Positions 29,962-42,385 of a stretch of 64,000 nt of DNA are shown in pieces (the first letter of the stretch is position 1; the number at the start of each line of letters is the position of its first letter). The notes under the pieces are model-generated. The model saw nothing but the letters and a program-made list of their open reading frames with translations. It did not search any database and was not told where the DNA came from. Source of the stretch: Eledone cirrhosa (lineage: Eukaryota); assembly GCA_964016885.1 (NCBI GenBank), contig OZ024740.1:255936001-256000000 (forward strand). Direction: 5' to 3'. A program made the translations under genes and the position numbers.

Positions 29962-32900
29962 TCTTCTGGTTTTATAATTACACAAAGTTTTACCAATAGA
30001 GAGAGAGTCGGTTTCAAACATAGACACAAGACTCTCTCATTGGAATTTACACATCAACTAGGTAGATATCTATGTTATTGTATGTGTGGATGTGTATGTT
30101 TTGAGTTGTATGTGTGCATGTCTATATGCTTTGTATCTGTACATGTGTATATGCAGTTATTAGATGCAAAATGTTTGGAATGTTTTACATATTTTTACTG
30201 TTCCATTAATGGATTGTACTTGTAGTTTCCTAACTAGTTGTGTTCTTTCTGTTCCTGTGAAGCCAAGCTTCTCAAAATTTGTATTCAGGCAGTTACTAAC
30301 ATATCCCAGTGCCCCAAAAATCACAGGCATAAATCTGAAGGTGTAATCAGGGTGGAGTATCTGCAGATTTCTCATCAGTTCTGCATAAATATTCTCCTTT
30401 TCACTAAATTTTGATATTATATTGGCATCTGCTGGGCAGCTAATTTCCACTACTGTACATGCTTTCTTCTCCTTGTCCCATATCATAATATCTGGTCTGT
30501 TATGCCTGCATCTTATTGGGGTTTTTACTGGAACATTCCACCAGTACTCTTTCATATTATGTACACAGATGTCTTCCACGTTGTTGTAGTTTTAATGTGT
30601 TTATTATCGGGGCTATCTTTTTTACGAACTGCATTGTACAGTGTTTTGGCCACTACATCCTGCCTCATAGATAGATAGTACCGCGATGACATCTTTGGAC
30701 AGCTGTTGATGGCATGGGTGATATCCTCGATGTTAGTTCTGCAGAGTCTGCACTTGTCATCACATCTAGGTTTTTTGCTTGCATCCCTATCTCTTTTGTG
30801 AATCAGGTATTTCGTGCTAATCTCCTGTTCTTGGATTGCAAAAGCGTATCCTTCAAAGTGGGAGCCAATATAGCGGCTGTTGGTCCAATATATACTACTT
30901 TCCTTATCTATATTACTCTCACTCTGGAGCTTCCTGGCAACATATCAATGCATGATTTTTTTGCTGATAGGCATGCAGTTTTTCATTCATGGATTCACTG
31001 CGATACTGCTGAGCGACTTCCCTGGGTGTGACTTTTTGATTATCACACAGGGAATATCTCTCAAGGAGTTCCTTCCCAACTCTCGAGGTTCGTATATGTT
31101 GTCGGAGAGATATGATGCGACATTCAAATGTTGTCTGGACTGATGTGAGGCCTCTGCCTCCCTACTTAGATTTCAAGTAAATGCGGTCTATGTCACTGTT
31201 GATGTGAAAGTTTCCGGTGTTGTTCAGTATTTTTCGAGTTCCAACATCAACTGCTCGGATTTCGTCTATCGTCCAATTGAGTATTCCAAACGTTGGTGTT
31301 AGGACAGGCACAGCAAACACACTGTGAGCCAATGTTTTGTTTTGGGCAGAGAGTTCCGATGACCAGATCTTTCTTAATCGGGTGTAGTATTCCCTGGTTA
31401 CGCGTTCTTTTTTACTGATACCATTATAGGATATGTTCTCATCTATCCCCAGGTATCTGTAGCAGTCCTCATCAGATATCGGTGAAACAGTTAGACCATT
31501 GATGACAATGTTGCTAGATTGGGTTGTTGTTTTTCCCCGCTTTACAGTCATGTATGAGCATTTATCTTGGCCAAATTGCATTCCTATATTCTTTGAGAAC
31601 GTTGTAACCAGGTGAACATTTTTCTTCATCCCATCCATGTTCTTGCCAAAGATTTTCAGATCGTCCACAAAGAAGTTATGGGTTAGGTTTGTATTTCTGT
31701 CCTCCTGTGAGCCAATGATGTATCCCTCACATTTCTTGAGCAGAAAGGACAAGGGGTTTAATAACAAGATGAAAAATATCACAGAGAGCCTGTCCCCCTG
31801 AAATATACCCCTGCAATATTTTATTTGATCAGTGAAAATAGAGTCCTCCCTCTCTGTCTTTAAACTTAGGATATTAGCCCAAGAAGAAGACAGCCTCTCT
31901 ATGGCTCTGATGATAATATCTGGGACTTTAGCAAGCTGGAGGAACAGAGTGGGGAACAGAATCGAAAGCTTTCCTGTAGTCCAGCCAGACTGTAGTCATA
32001 TTCCTCCTAAGTTGTCGCACCTCCGACATCGCAGTTTTGTTGATTAGGAGTTGTTCAGCACATCCCCAAACCCTTTTCTTTCCAGCTGCTTGTTCATCTG
32101 TGATGATGTTATTATTTTCACAGTCATCTTGGAGGAATAGGTTCAGGCAAGCTGTATACATCTTATACATCAGGTTCTGGCATGCAATGGGTCGGTAGTT
32201 TTTTGCCAAGTGAGTGTCTTTGTTCTTGGGGACCAGTAACGTTTGTGCTAATGTCAACCATTCTGGTATAAGTGTATCTCCCTTAAGAACTTGTTGGTAG
32301 AGGTCAGTAAGATACCTCCGATAGAATATTATTTTTTTGTACCAGTAGCCGACAATCAAGTCTCTTCCTGGTGTTTTCTTATGTTGAAGTTTTCCTATCA
32401 CGGTCTCAAGGGTACCCTCACTTATTTCGTATGTTTTTGTTGTAGTGTAGGAGCAATAGTTCTTTCGGATTTCTCTTAGCCACACTGCATCTTGGTTGAA
32501 ATTCTTCTTTTCACCCCATATTTTTCTCCAAAAGGAATCTATGTCTTTCTGGGATGGGGCCTCAGTGACACTTATTATTTTGCCCTTCATATCTCTATAG
32601 ACTGATGTTTGGTTTCGTCTGAAACTTTTATTAAGCATTTTTCTCTCATCTACCTTCTTCAGGTATCAGCGTTTTTCGCTAACAGCTCTCAATTCTTGTT
32701 TGAGGGTGATCAGCTTATATTGGAGAGTTCTGGTTCTACTGTTACCAAACATCGTCTCTATTTTATTTTTCACTCTTTGTTGGTGATGAGTGAGGTTTTT
32801 TTGTGTTTGTTTGCATGTAAGGAGCATTGTCACATGTCCTATGTCTTTTCATAGGTCAGCAATCTTTTCTTCTATTTTATTTATATATGGTGGTATTTTG

Positions 32901-33836
32901 GTGGTGTTTTGTTCTTGTTAATACCTCTGCTATCACCAAGATAATGCTTCACTGTCGTTGATAAGGCATTGATATACCGGCGTTGATTTGCCAAAATGTT
33001 GGTGTTTTATCCGTCGTAAATATTCATCCCCTATTTCGTAAATAACACGTAGTATTTCATTATTTGGTTTTTTATTCACCATTGTCGTTTTAACACGTTC
33101 AGCAAGAGAGATACATGAGTTAATTTCTCTCTGGAGGGAAATTTTCAATTGTTTATACTTTTGATTATCATTATCGATAGTATTTTCCACAACAGTCGAG
33201 GTATACGTGGTGTCACATTTATTCGATTGGCAGTATCGGTAGAGGGTCGGACGCCATGCTTTCCAGCATAGTTACGTCCCTTTACGATCTGAGTTCAAAT
33301 CTCGCCGAGGTTGACTTTGCCTTTCATCCTTACGGGGTCGATAAAATAAAGTACCAGTAATGCACTGGGTAATTTGCTGGCCTTGTGCCTAAAGTATAAA
33401 CAATTATTATTATTTCTTCGATTATTATTATTATCGATAGTGTTTTCCCCAGCATTCGAGGTAGACTTAGATGGTACAGGTGGTGTCAAGTTTCTTACAG
33501 GCATAGTTGTTTCAAGTCGCTGTTCCACCTGGCTGCTAGGAAGTCTAGTAGCATGGTGACCTGTAGCACGTGTTGTTGATAACATGTTTGATGTGGGGGA
33601 CTTACAATTAATAATATTTATCTTATTTTTACGTTCAACAAACGTCGCTTGTTGGCGTAATTGTTTCGCTGTGAAATAATTTAGCTCTGGGTGCATTTAG
33701 TCCCAGTGTAGCTTCATTCTATTCATATAGCCAATGGAGGGATTAATTTTTGCCATTTTATAACAATTAAATAAATCATTATTAAGTTCGCAACTCCAAG
33801 AGAAATGCGATTTATGATTTCAGTTTCTTCTGTAGC
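29962..33836 (-). mobile_element. Near full-length, decayed R4-clade LINE (RT, CCHC finger, restriction-like endonuclease) between (TATG)n tracts
   Basis: KTPGRD, NYRPIAC, WLDYRKAFDSVPH, GIFQGD.LS, HNFFVDDLK, YRYLGI, CRLC...HAINSC, HNRPDI...VEISCP. Confidence 0.93.
33225..33415 (+). mobile_element. Meta-like SINE nested in the R4 LINE
   Basis: A-box-like tggcagtatcgg, B box gagttcaaatc, ctttgcctttcatccttacggggtcgataaa, (TTA)n tail. Confidence 0.8.
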
Positions 33837-34049
33837 TATGTATGTATGTATGTATGTATGTATGTATGTATGTATGTATGTATGTATGTATGTGTGTATG
33901 TGAGTGCAAGTAAATATACATATATGCATACAAACACATACATGCGTATGTGTATTTCTTTTTTCATATTTACATGCGTACTTTTGTTTATATATTTCCA
34001 CACACGCGCGCGAGCGCGCATACACACACATATATAGTTAATAAATGAA

Positions 34050-35195
34050 AACAAAACACAGGAGAGGTAAAATTACGCAGTTATATTAGGTTCATGCTTG
34101 GAAGAATTGGGGGAGGTTGCAATGTTTCGGACAGAAGTCCTTCTTCAGGAAAGTCTGTATAAGGCGAGAACATATAGTAGTGTAAGGTTAAGAAAGGAAG
34201 TTAAAAAAAGTGATAGGGGTGAGTGAAGGGTCCGGCATGGGAGTGCCAGATTGCAGGGTATGGGTAGCATGGGTGTGATTGTGTGTGTGTGTGTCGAAGG
34301 GAAGAAATTGCTAGATGTGCGTGGCTTCAGTCTATGTGTGTGTGTGGCCGCGTGAGTGTCCCAGAGGTTTATAAAGTGAAGTGTGCACACTGCTTTGTGT
34401 GTGTATAGCTGTGAAGTTTTATTGGTTTTATTTGTGTGTCCGTGTGGGGCTTTTTTGTAGTTTCTATGTATGTGAGTGTATACGCTTGTGTGTGTATTAT
34501 CACGTGAGTGTTGAATGTGAGTGTGTGTGTCTACATGCATGTGTCTATAGATGCTTTTTTAATTGCTTTTATGTATGTGTGTGTGTATGTATTCATGTGT
34601 ACATGTCTGTGTTAGTGGGTGTGTATTATCTGTAGAGGGAAGCTTTTATGTGTGTATATTTGGGTATGTATGTATATATGTCAATCAGTGTGTATGTGAT
34701 GTTTCCATAGTTTTACGTATGTGAATGTGCAACTTAGCGTGTGTGTATTTCCACGTGTATATGCATCCATGTGAGTGTTGTAGTTATGTTTAGTCAGCAG
34801 CAGATGGAAGATATTATGTTTGTGTGTGTGAGGGTGGATGTGTCTATGTTTATGTATGGGTATGTCCCTGTGTGTGTGTATGTTGGAGTATTCAGGTAAA
34901 TCCAGGAGAGAACAATGGTCGAGTATGAGTACAGTGAAGTCAAGGAAGGTTTGGTAATGGCGGGGGTGGGGGGAGGGTGGAGTTGGTGGCGCCCACAGAA
35001 CGGAAGTGAGTTAAGAAGGGGCTGTAGTGGTAGGGTGAGTGTGTATGTGTAAGTGTGTGTTTAGTAGTAGATGCAGTGTTGGTGGGGAGCAAGGTGTGTC
35101 TGTATGGTGGTGCGAAGGGGTTAGGGGTGTTGGTGGAGTAGGTGGGTCAGCTAGTAGGTTAGTGAGGTAGAAGGGGTGAACGGGGGGGGGGGGGA
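34050..35195 (-). mobile_element. PLE-type 3' UTR/pseudo-LTR, CA-rich, with a minimal HHR motif at about 34118-34151
   Basis: Minus strand reads CTGAAGA-a-ggac(ttct)gtcc-GAAAC; stem I is not convincing. Confidence 0.55.
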
Positions 35196-35199
35196 CAGT

Positions 35200-36040
35200 G
35201 AACTTCGTTTAACTTGTTAGTTCGTTTATATTTGTTGCCTCTTTTCTCTCTATGTTCTCTAATATGACCCTATGTTCTATTTTGGCATGTTGGTGGAGTA
35301 CTGATGAGATTTTCCCACCCTGGGGTCCTCGCCAGTGTTCATTTCTTCTTTCTCCTATGCTACGGGCTGTTTCACCTATGTATGTTGTGTTCCTATTGCT
35401 ACACTGTCTCTCAGTACATCTAGAGCCCTTCTAAATCTATAAGCTATTTCGCCTCTAGGGATTATATTGACGAACATTACACTCTGATATTTATTGCTAT
35501 CATACCATGATAAAATAAAATAAACTCATGGTATGATAGCAATACATACCAGAGTGTAATGTTCGTCAATGCAAGCCGAACAGGCGAACTAGCTTACAGA
35601 TCTAGAAGGGCATCCCCCTGCACTGATAGGAAATGCAGAGTCTGCAAGCTAAGCCCGAAAATTAACTGCAATATTAGTAACGTAGTATATAGTATAAATA
35701 AAACACACACAACACCCGAACGTAACGCATGCGCAAACTAAGCACACAACTCACAACACACAAAAACAAGATGGTGTAGGACAGAACAAAGGAAAGACAC
35801 ACAAAGTAAAAACCTAGTCACTGAGGATGTCACATAATGTGTGACGAAAGAGGTTTGACAATATATAAACAACCTTCCAGGTATCAAACCAACCAACCAG
35901 AAATTTATGATAAATTGAAGTGAAAACGACAGGTGCGTGTGTTTTTATTAGCAACATGACCCTCCCAAAGTATAACAATATCTGCTTCAACACACGTTTT
36001 CTGATAACAAATCTCGCAAAACAAATTCAAAAACGAATTA
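35200..36040. mobile_element. Rearranged Naiad-like PLE fragments: inverted endonuclease piece, then forward tail with HHR at 35817-35859
   Basis: Minus strand TYIGETARSIGERRNEHW; plus strand NSWYDSN.YQSVMF; gtca-CTGAGGA-t-gtcaca...tgtgac-GAAAG. Confidence 0.85.
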
Positions 36041-36059
36041 TATATATATATATATATAT

Positions 36060-36976
36060 AAATGAAGAATTAGAAATAGAAGTCAGTTGTCTACTAGGCA
36101 TGATAGGTATTTCTTCGCATTACAGACAATATACCTCCGCCTAGGGCGATACAATAACTAAAATAAATTATTGGGATAAAAAGAGTTGGGTGGAGAAAGA
36201 GAAAGACATGTAAACAGACACGAATTGTGTGGCAACGTTAAGAGAGGAAAAAATGATAAAAATCAAGTCAATAATTAATTTCGAACATAAGAACAGGCGA
36301 ATATTAACGAGAAGAACCAAGACACATCTTAACCGTACGGATGTGAGAGAGAAGAAAGATCGCGTACAGTGTGGAACGATGGAGGAAGTGAGGGAGAGGG
36401 TGAGTAGCAGAGAGTGAGTGAGTGGAAGTGCGAGGAAGAGGCTAGCCGAGATAGGGTGACTAGCAGAGGGGATGAGTGAAAGTAAGAGGGAGACGGAGAG
36501 AGAAGGGGGAGAGACAAAGAGGATAACTGCAAGGGAAGAGAAAAAAGACAGGTCACAGCAAAGGGGAAAGCATATATGAATAAAAAAAAAATGGCGAGCT
36601 GTGTTATTGCAATTAAATATAATAAAAATGAAGAATTAGAAATAGATGTAAGGAATATCTATCATCAGTTGTCTACTAGGCATCATAGGTATTTCTTCGC
36701 ATTACAGACAATATACCTCCGCCTAGGGCGATACAATAACTAAAGTAAGTTGTTGCAATCGTGTCTGTTTACATGTCTTTCTCTTACTCCACCCAACTCT
36801 TTTTATCCCAATAATTTATTTATTTATTGTATCGCCCTAGGCGGAGGTATATTGTCTGTAATGCGAAGAAATACCTATGATGCCTAGTAGACAACTGATG
36901 ATGGATATTCCTAACTTCTATTTCTAATTCTTCATTTTTTATACTTAGTTGCGACAACACAGCTCGCCATTTTTTA

Positions 36977-36980
<4 letters not shown>
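36060..36980. mobile_element. Non-coding repeat unit (566 bp period, - strand) plus inverted partial copy; carries the rearranged HHR
   Basis: aatgaagaattagaaataga at 36061 and 36627; 36760-36980 is the reverse complement; (TA)n flanks. Confidence 0.85.
36832..36902 (+). ncRNA. Candidate non-circularly permuted hammerhead ribozyme (mirror copy on - strand at 36661-36731)
   Basis: tcgc-c-ctaggc-gg-aggtAT-A^-ttgtct-gtaat-gcga-a-GAAAtacct-atgat-gcctag-t-agacaa-CTGATGA-t. Confidence 0.72.
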
Positions 36981-37016
<36 letters not shown>

Positions 37017-37020
<4 letters not shown>

Positions 37021-37416
37021 AATATGATAATAATGGAGCTGCGGCGTTGCAAATGGGTTACATATGAAAAAGTTTGTCCTTCATCAGTGGTCTTCCAACC
37101 GTCGTAGGCATTTCATCGCTTTAAAGACCATATACCTCAGGTTGGTGCGAGCAACGGCTAAAAAAAGTCGTTGGGACACGTACATAAAGGGGACGCTAGG
37201 GTAAACAAACAAAATGGTTTAAGCAACAGAAAGTGATGAAGAAAGAGACAAGTCCCAGATTTCTATGAATATAAATTCGGTGAAATCGTGAACGAGAGAA
37301 TAAAGACCATCAAACCTGGTTGAAATGTGAGCAAGGAAGGAATTTCGCACAGGTCTAACGGGAGGAAGAAGGGGTCTGGTCTGCGAATTCGGTAAACATA
37401 AGTTCTGTGAAGTCGC

Positions 37417-37460
<44 letters not shown>

Positions 37461-37693
37461 AAAATTCATACCGGCTTGGCCAAGAGTGCGCGAGAAAAGA
37501 ATTACGGACAGGTCAAACGGGAAGAAAGGGGAGGAGGAGAGGTAGTGACAGAGAATGAGTGAGTGAAAGGCGAGGAAGAGGCTAACAAAGAGAGAGAGAC
37601 TGCTAGAAAGGGTAAAGATACAAAGAACGAAACAGACGGGTAGCAGCAGAGGAAAAAATATATGTGTAAATATGATAATAATGGAGCTGCGGC
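37017..37693 (-). mobile_element. Sister non-coding unit (648 bp period) with rearranged HHR at 37080-37150
   Basis: 29 nt terminal redundancy (37017 and 37665); minus strand tcgca-ccaacc-tg-aggtAT-A^-tggtct-ttaaa-gcga-t-GAAAtgcct-acgac-ggttgg-a-agacca-CTGATGA-a. Confidence 0.78.
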
Positions 37694-38580
37694 ATATATA
37701 CCAGTGTGTGTATGAGTGTCTAGGTAGATACATGCATGTACATGTGTACGTATGTATATATATAGGAAGAGGCCATTTAGCCGGTAAGAGCGTCAGACAT
37801 CATGAGTTGGGGCCCGAGTTAAGACAATTGTTAAAACAATTTGAAATTTTTTCTACCATCAATTGTTAAAAAAACAAGTTAAAATCATTTAGTCATCATC
37901 TAACTATAATTCTCCTTGTGATTTGTCCATTCGTAACGTACGTTACACTTTAGTTACATACACACACATCTATTGAATACTGATTTCTCTCGGCTGTCAA
38001 CTACCTACGGATATATATATATATATATATACAACTATAAATTCATCGAGAATCACATTTTGGCTGGTAGAAAAAGCGAAACGAAACGCAAAATCGTAGA
38101 TATGCTGGCAAGCGCTCCAATAGTTAAGAAAAAACTAGAGCTAAACAATATGTTAAAACGCCATACAAACTGAAAAAGTGGTCAAGAAGGCATTAACCAT
38201 CTAAGCCAAAAAAAACAAATCAAGCTAAACAGGTCAAACAAAATAAATGATAAAAACAGACCTGGACCCAAGTGGAATTGATGGCAAAATCCAAATGCAG
38301 GGTTTCTATGACACCTAAATCAATAATACTGTCTGCTTAAAACTATAAGCTTTTAGCATAATGATCGAACAAGGAATATCACGTTATCAACAGGTATTTT
38401 GCTCTGCAACCAACTTTGTAAAAGCACATGTGTAACTCACAAGGGGAAAAACCCCAGATTTTGGCAAATGAATTCAGTATATGTATATCATGCTATATAT
38501 ATATCGGTAGGTAGTTGACAGCCGAGAGAAATCAGTATTTAATAGATATGTGTGTATGTAATAATCGTCTTTTTCTCCGT

Positions 38581-38637
<57 letters not shown>

Positions 38638-38968
38638 TATAAATGAGCGGAACAAGTAAACATTAAACAATCTTTTAAATAAATTAAAATACGTTTAAAT
38701 ATTCACCTGTTCTAGTGCTGTGACCGACGGTTTCGCTTATCAAAAGATTGGGCAGAAAGCGATATATTTACTACTACAAGGCTTTTGTGCCCTGTGGTAT
38801 GGAAATAGCTGTCTGAAGAGCTGATTCTTTTCATTGGAAATTCTCTGAATTTCCAATCTTTTGATAAGCGAAACCGTCGGTCACAGCATTAGAACAGGTG
38901 AATATTTAAATCGTATTTTAATTTATTTAAAATATTGTTTAATGTTTACTTGTTCCGCTCATTTTTAT
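38638..38968. repeat. Fold-back PLE-type terminus
   Basis: 38640-38752 is the reverse complement of about 38852-38965. Confidence 0.9.
38810..38885 (+). ncRNA. Type I hammerhead ribozyme, canonical core
   Basis: tgt-CTGAAGA-gct...attggaaatt(ctctg)aatttccaat...agc-GAAAC-cgtcg-GTC-aca. Confidence 0.85.
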
Positions 38969-39052
38969 AATTCTGGTATCTCAAAGTAGTATCATTGAAT
39001 AACCACTGTTATAGACACCATATATATTTTCGTGGGTACTTAGTACCTACTG

Positions 39053-39161
<109 letters not shown>

Positions 39162-39299
39162 TATATGCGTGGATGAGATGTTTCTAGTTAAGACTACCAA
39201 GCACATATTTAAGTTAATACTCCATACTTAAGGAAAAATAGAGTGTAGATATTATTGCAGGATCTGGTACAGTATTCTGCCAGCTTCAGCATTCCGTCA

Positions 39300-39810
39300 T
39301 CAGAAGAAGGTGGGTAAGGGTAAAAGCAAAACTCGCTATCTTTAATTTGGTATCCGTATCATCCCTTAGATATAGTCCTATATCTTGGCTAATGACCGAA
39401 AGAATACGATCGCAAATAAAAGCTGCCAAAATGGGATTCTCCGAAGGTCATTGGAGTAACGTTACTTGATAGACTGCATAGCTTGGAGATCAGAGTGTCA
39501 TTCTAGGTAGAGCTGCTACTTCTCCAAATCTAGAGATCACAACTCCGATACTATGGAAATGTGGTTAGAATGTCTCAGAAATGAATACTTGGACAGATTT
39601 TACAGACAAAACCAGCCGACAGAAGACCCAAGGGTAGACCTGGAGTATGTTAGTTGGATAACATTTATGAGCTTGGCTGGTTTTGCTTGAGCATCCAGTC
39701 TGATCAATTGCAGACTGTTGTATCTAACAGGACCTGCTTGAAGGTTTGCTTGAAGGCTTGCTGCCCCATGACCCTACCATGAACAAGTGGCTAAGAAGAT
39801 GAATGGATTG
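39300..39810 (+). mobile_element. 3' fragment of RTE (Expander/Rex3-like) LINE
   Basis: W.MTERIRSQIKAAKMGF, GVTLLDRL.SLEIR, SQLRYYGNVVRM, RRPKGRP. Confidence 0.82.
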
Positions 39811-39821
39811 ATGTTATATAG

Positions 39822-39998
39822 CAGGCATGTCCAGCTGAGGATCTCCCGAGAGCCACAGGGGTCACATATGTGTTGTCTGAGGGTCACACACAGCAACTAA
39901 TTGCACACATTACAACTAATACTTTTTATTTTATATTACGAAGATGTGCTTGTAAAGGGCTACATGCAGTCCGCGGGTCGCATGTTTGACATGGCTGG
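39822..39998. mobile_element. Possible hAT/Charlie-type MITE
   Basis: Ends caggcatgtcca / tttgacatggctg; target-site duplication not verified. Confidence 0.45.
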
Positions 39999-40439
39999 TG
40001 TAGAGCATGTAATTTTGAAAAAGAAAGTGCATCACAATATTGTCTTAGATGTCGTGTTACAGACGAATTATTTAGCTGCCATTCTGAGCATCGGAAATCC
40101 AGGGTTTACATAGTAACACTAAACGCTGGGACTACGAGGTGGACATACTCTTGATAAATCACCTCCCCTCCCCCACACACAATGTAATTACCATGTAAAT
40201 ATATATGTAGAAAATCCCAGTTCTTACTTTCCTATTCCAGTGATAGCCACCTTGCTTGTTTTTGACGAATACTGCATTTTCTTCTGTGATTCCCACCTGT
40301 CTGCCTTCTTCTGCATGAAAGTGTGTAACAAGCCTGGTCTTTGAGATCATTGTTGCTAGCTGAGTGGACTATAGCTACGTGAAAGAAAGGGACCTGCTCA
40401 AGGACATAATGCACCACCCTGAATCGAACACGCGACCTT

Positions 40440-40810
40440 ATGTTAAGATTGTGGATGCAGCATGTTTATATATTTAAGGAGTTTGCCTTGCAGCCTCACG
40501 GGCTTAAGGTTCAATCCCATTGTCTGAAATCTTGGGCAAGTGCCATTTATCGTAGACTCAGTCGATTCATGCCTCGTGAGTGAAATTATGTAGATGGAAG
40601 CTGCGAGGAAGCTCGTCGGATAGACTGTACCTGTAATTCAAATGCCTAGCTTTTTCGCATACGGCATGACGCTGAATCTCCCGGTGATTACTTTAAGGGT
40701 ACACGTGTCTACAGAATGCTCAGCAACTTACACGTACGTTAATTGGACGAGTCGGCTGTTCCGACGATCGTTCATCGTTGAAATCGACGGGTGTCCAGTC
40801 CATTCCATTC
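40440..40810 (+). mobile_element. SINE remnants (tRNA head plus second domain)
   Basis: ggttcaatccc B box, cttgggcaagtg, cttgtgagtg-like core; 40625-40745 shared with the 23.9 and 41.7 kb copies. Confidence 0.55.
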
Positions 40811-41249
40811 CACTGAAGAAGATTTATTCGTTATTGGCTTCTGCTTAAAGAATCTTCTTATCTTTTCCTTTATGATTAGTCAGTCTAAGATAAACAAACA
40901 ACGCCAGTCTGTTTTAAGCTTGTTTCTTCAGCACACAGTCTCAGATTTATGGACATACAATAGCCACTACCACAATAACCAACCCATCACCGACCATATT
41001 CTTTTTCTATCTCTCTCCTTTATTATCCTCGTCTCGCTATATTTCTTTCTCAATCTATCTCCCTTACTTTCCTTCACTCCTACTATCTCCCTTTCTAACA
41101 CTCTTTCAATCTGTCAACCCACCTTTTTATATATTCTTTTCGCATTTAAATTTTTATGTTTAAAATTTTCCCTTTATCTTTCTTCACTTTCTTTCTCCAT
41201 CATTCTTCTCTTGACTCATTGACCATTTTGCTCTCTCTCTTTCTCCCCT

Positions 41250-41280
<31 letters not shown>

Positions 41281-41289
41281 ATCTATCTA

Positions 41290-41320
<31 letters not shown>

Positions 41321-41664
41321 AACGCTTTCTCTGTTTCTCTTTCCGCCTCCCATTCCTGACAATAGCTTTTCGTTGGTTCTTATACTATCATCGTTTGCCT
41401 TTTACCTGCATCATCACGACTGACATGATAGAAAGCAATTATTTCTTCTTCTTCTTCTTCTTCTTCTTCTTCTTCTTCTTCTTCTTCTTCTGTCAGTTTG
41501 TCAGAATTCATTTTTTTACATCATTCTTAGTTTTTTTCATCAAATTTCTGATTCCTTCGAGTATTTCTCGCGAAAATATACCGCCATTCTTTGATTTCTG
41601 ACCCTCAACATGCGAACAAGAGGCCCCATTTGAGAAACTGCCGTTCAGACACGGGGGATGGGTA

Positions 41665-41905
41665 TAATCAGTGCTGAACATTTCATAGACACGTGTATCT
41701 TTCAAGTAATTCCAAGGGAAATTCAGTGTGACACAATGTGTGACAAGTATGGCCCCTTTCATTGCAGTTACAACTCATTTTTTGTAGCTGAGATGTCAGG
41801 GGCAGTAGAAAATAAAGTCTCTTGCTGAAGAACACAGCATCAATCCAGGAATCGAACTGACGACCATATGCTTATGAGTCTTAACCACTAAGCCACGCAC
41901 CTTCA
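41665..41905 (-). mobile_element. tRNA-derived SINE
   Basis: Minus strand gcgtggcttagtggttaag (A box), gttcgattcc (B box), gtgttcttcagcaagagactttat. Confidence 0.75.
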
Positions 41906-42170
41906 CAGGCTACATTACCTAGGTACTAATACTTAATCTTAAAATTATGTCTGGTGAAGAGTTTGTGGCATGTGTGTGTAATCTGGAGGTGATGCCTTAC
42001 AAGAGATAAGACTTCTCTGCAATAATTGTGATGACGTCTATATTGTGTGGAACATTAATGAATGTAGCCGTAACTCCTGGTGAAGTCATGGAGGCACTGT
42101 ATTGACCTTCAGTGTTTGGGCCTTTTTGAAACCCAGGTGAAGCCCGTCTAAACAAACCCGATTTCTTCCG

Positions 42171-42203
<33 letters not shown>

Positions 42204-42227
42204 TGCGAAAGAAATATTGAGGAAGAA

Positions 42228-42385
42228 TCGACCCCTGTACTAGACTGGTACTTCTTTATCGACCTCGAAAGGGTGAATGGCAAAGTTGACCTCGGCGGTA
42301 TTTGAACTCAGAGCGCAGAGAGTCGAAGCAAGTACCGCCAAGCATTCTATCCGACGTTCTAATAACTCTACCAAATCGCCGCCTG
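42228..42385 (-). mobile_element. Meta-like SINE
   Basis: tcgacctcgaaagggtgaatggcaaagttgacctcggcggtatttgaactcag. Confidence 0.72.

Noticed and set aside
36661-36735. HDV-like ribozyme on the strand opposite the rearranged HHR (P1 gttgtct/agacaat, L3-like ttcttcgc)
   Set aside because: No P1.1 GG, P4 or J4/2; G-U pairs in the sister copies favour the other strand, where the complete HHR core is found.
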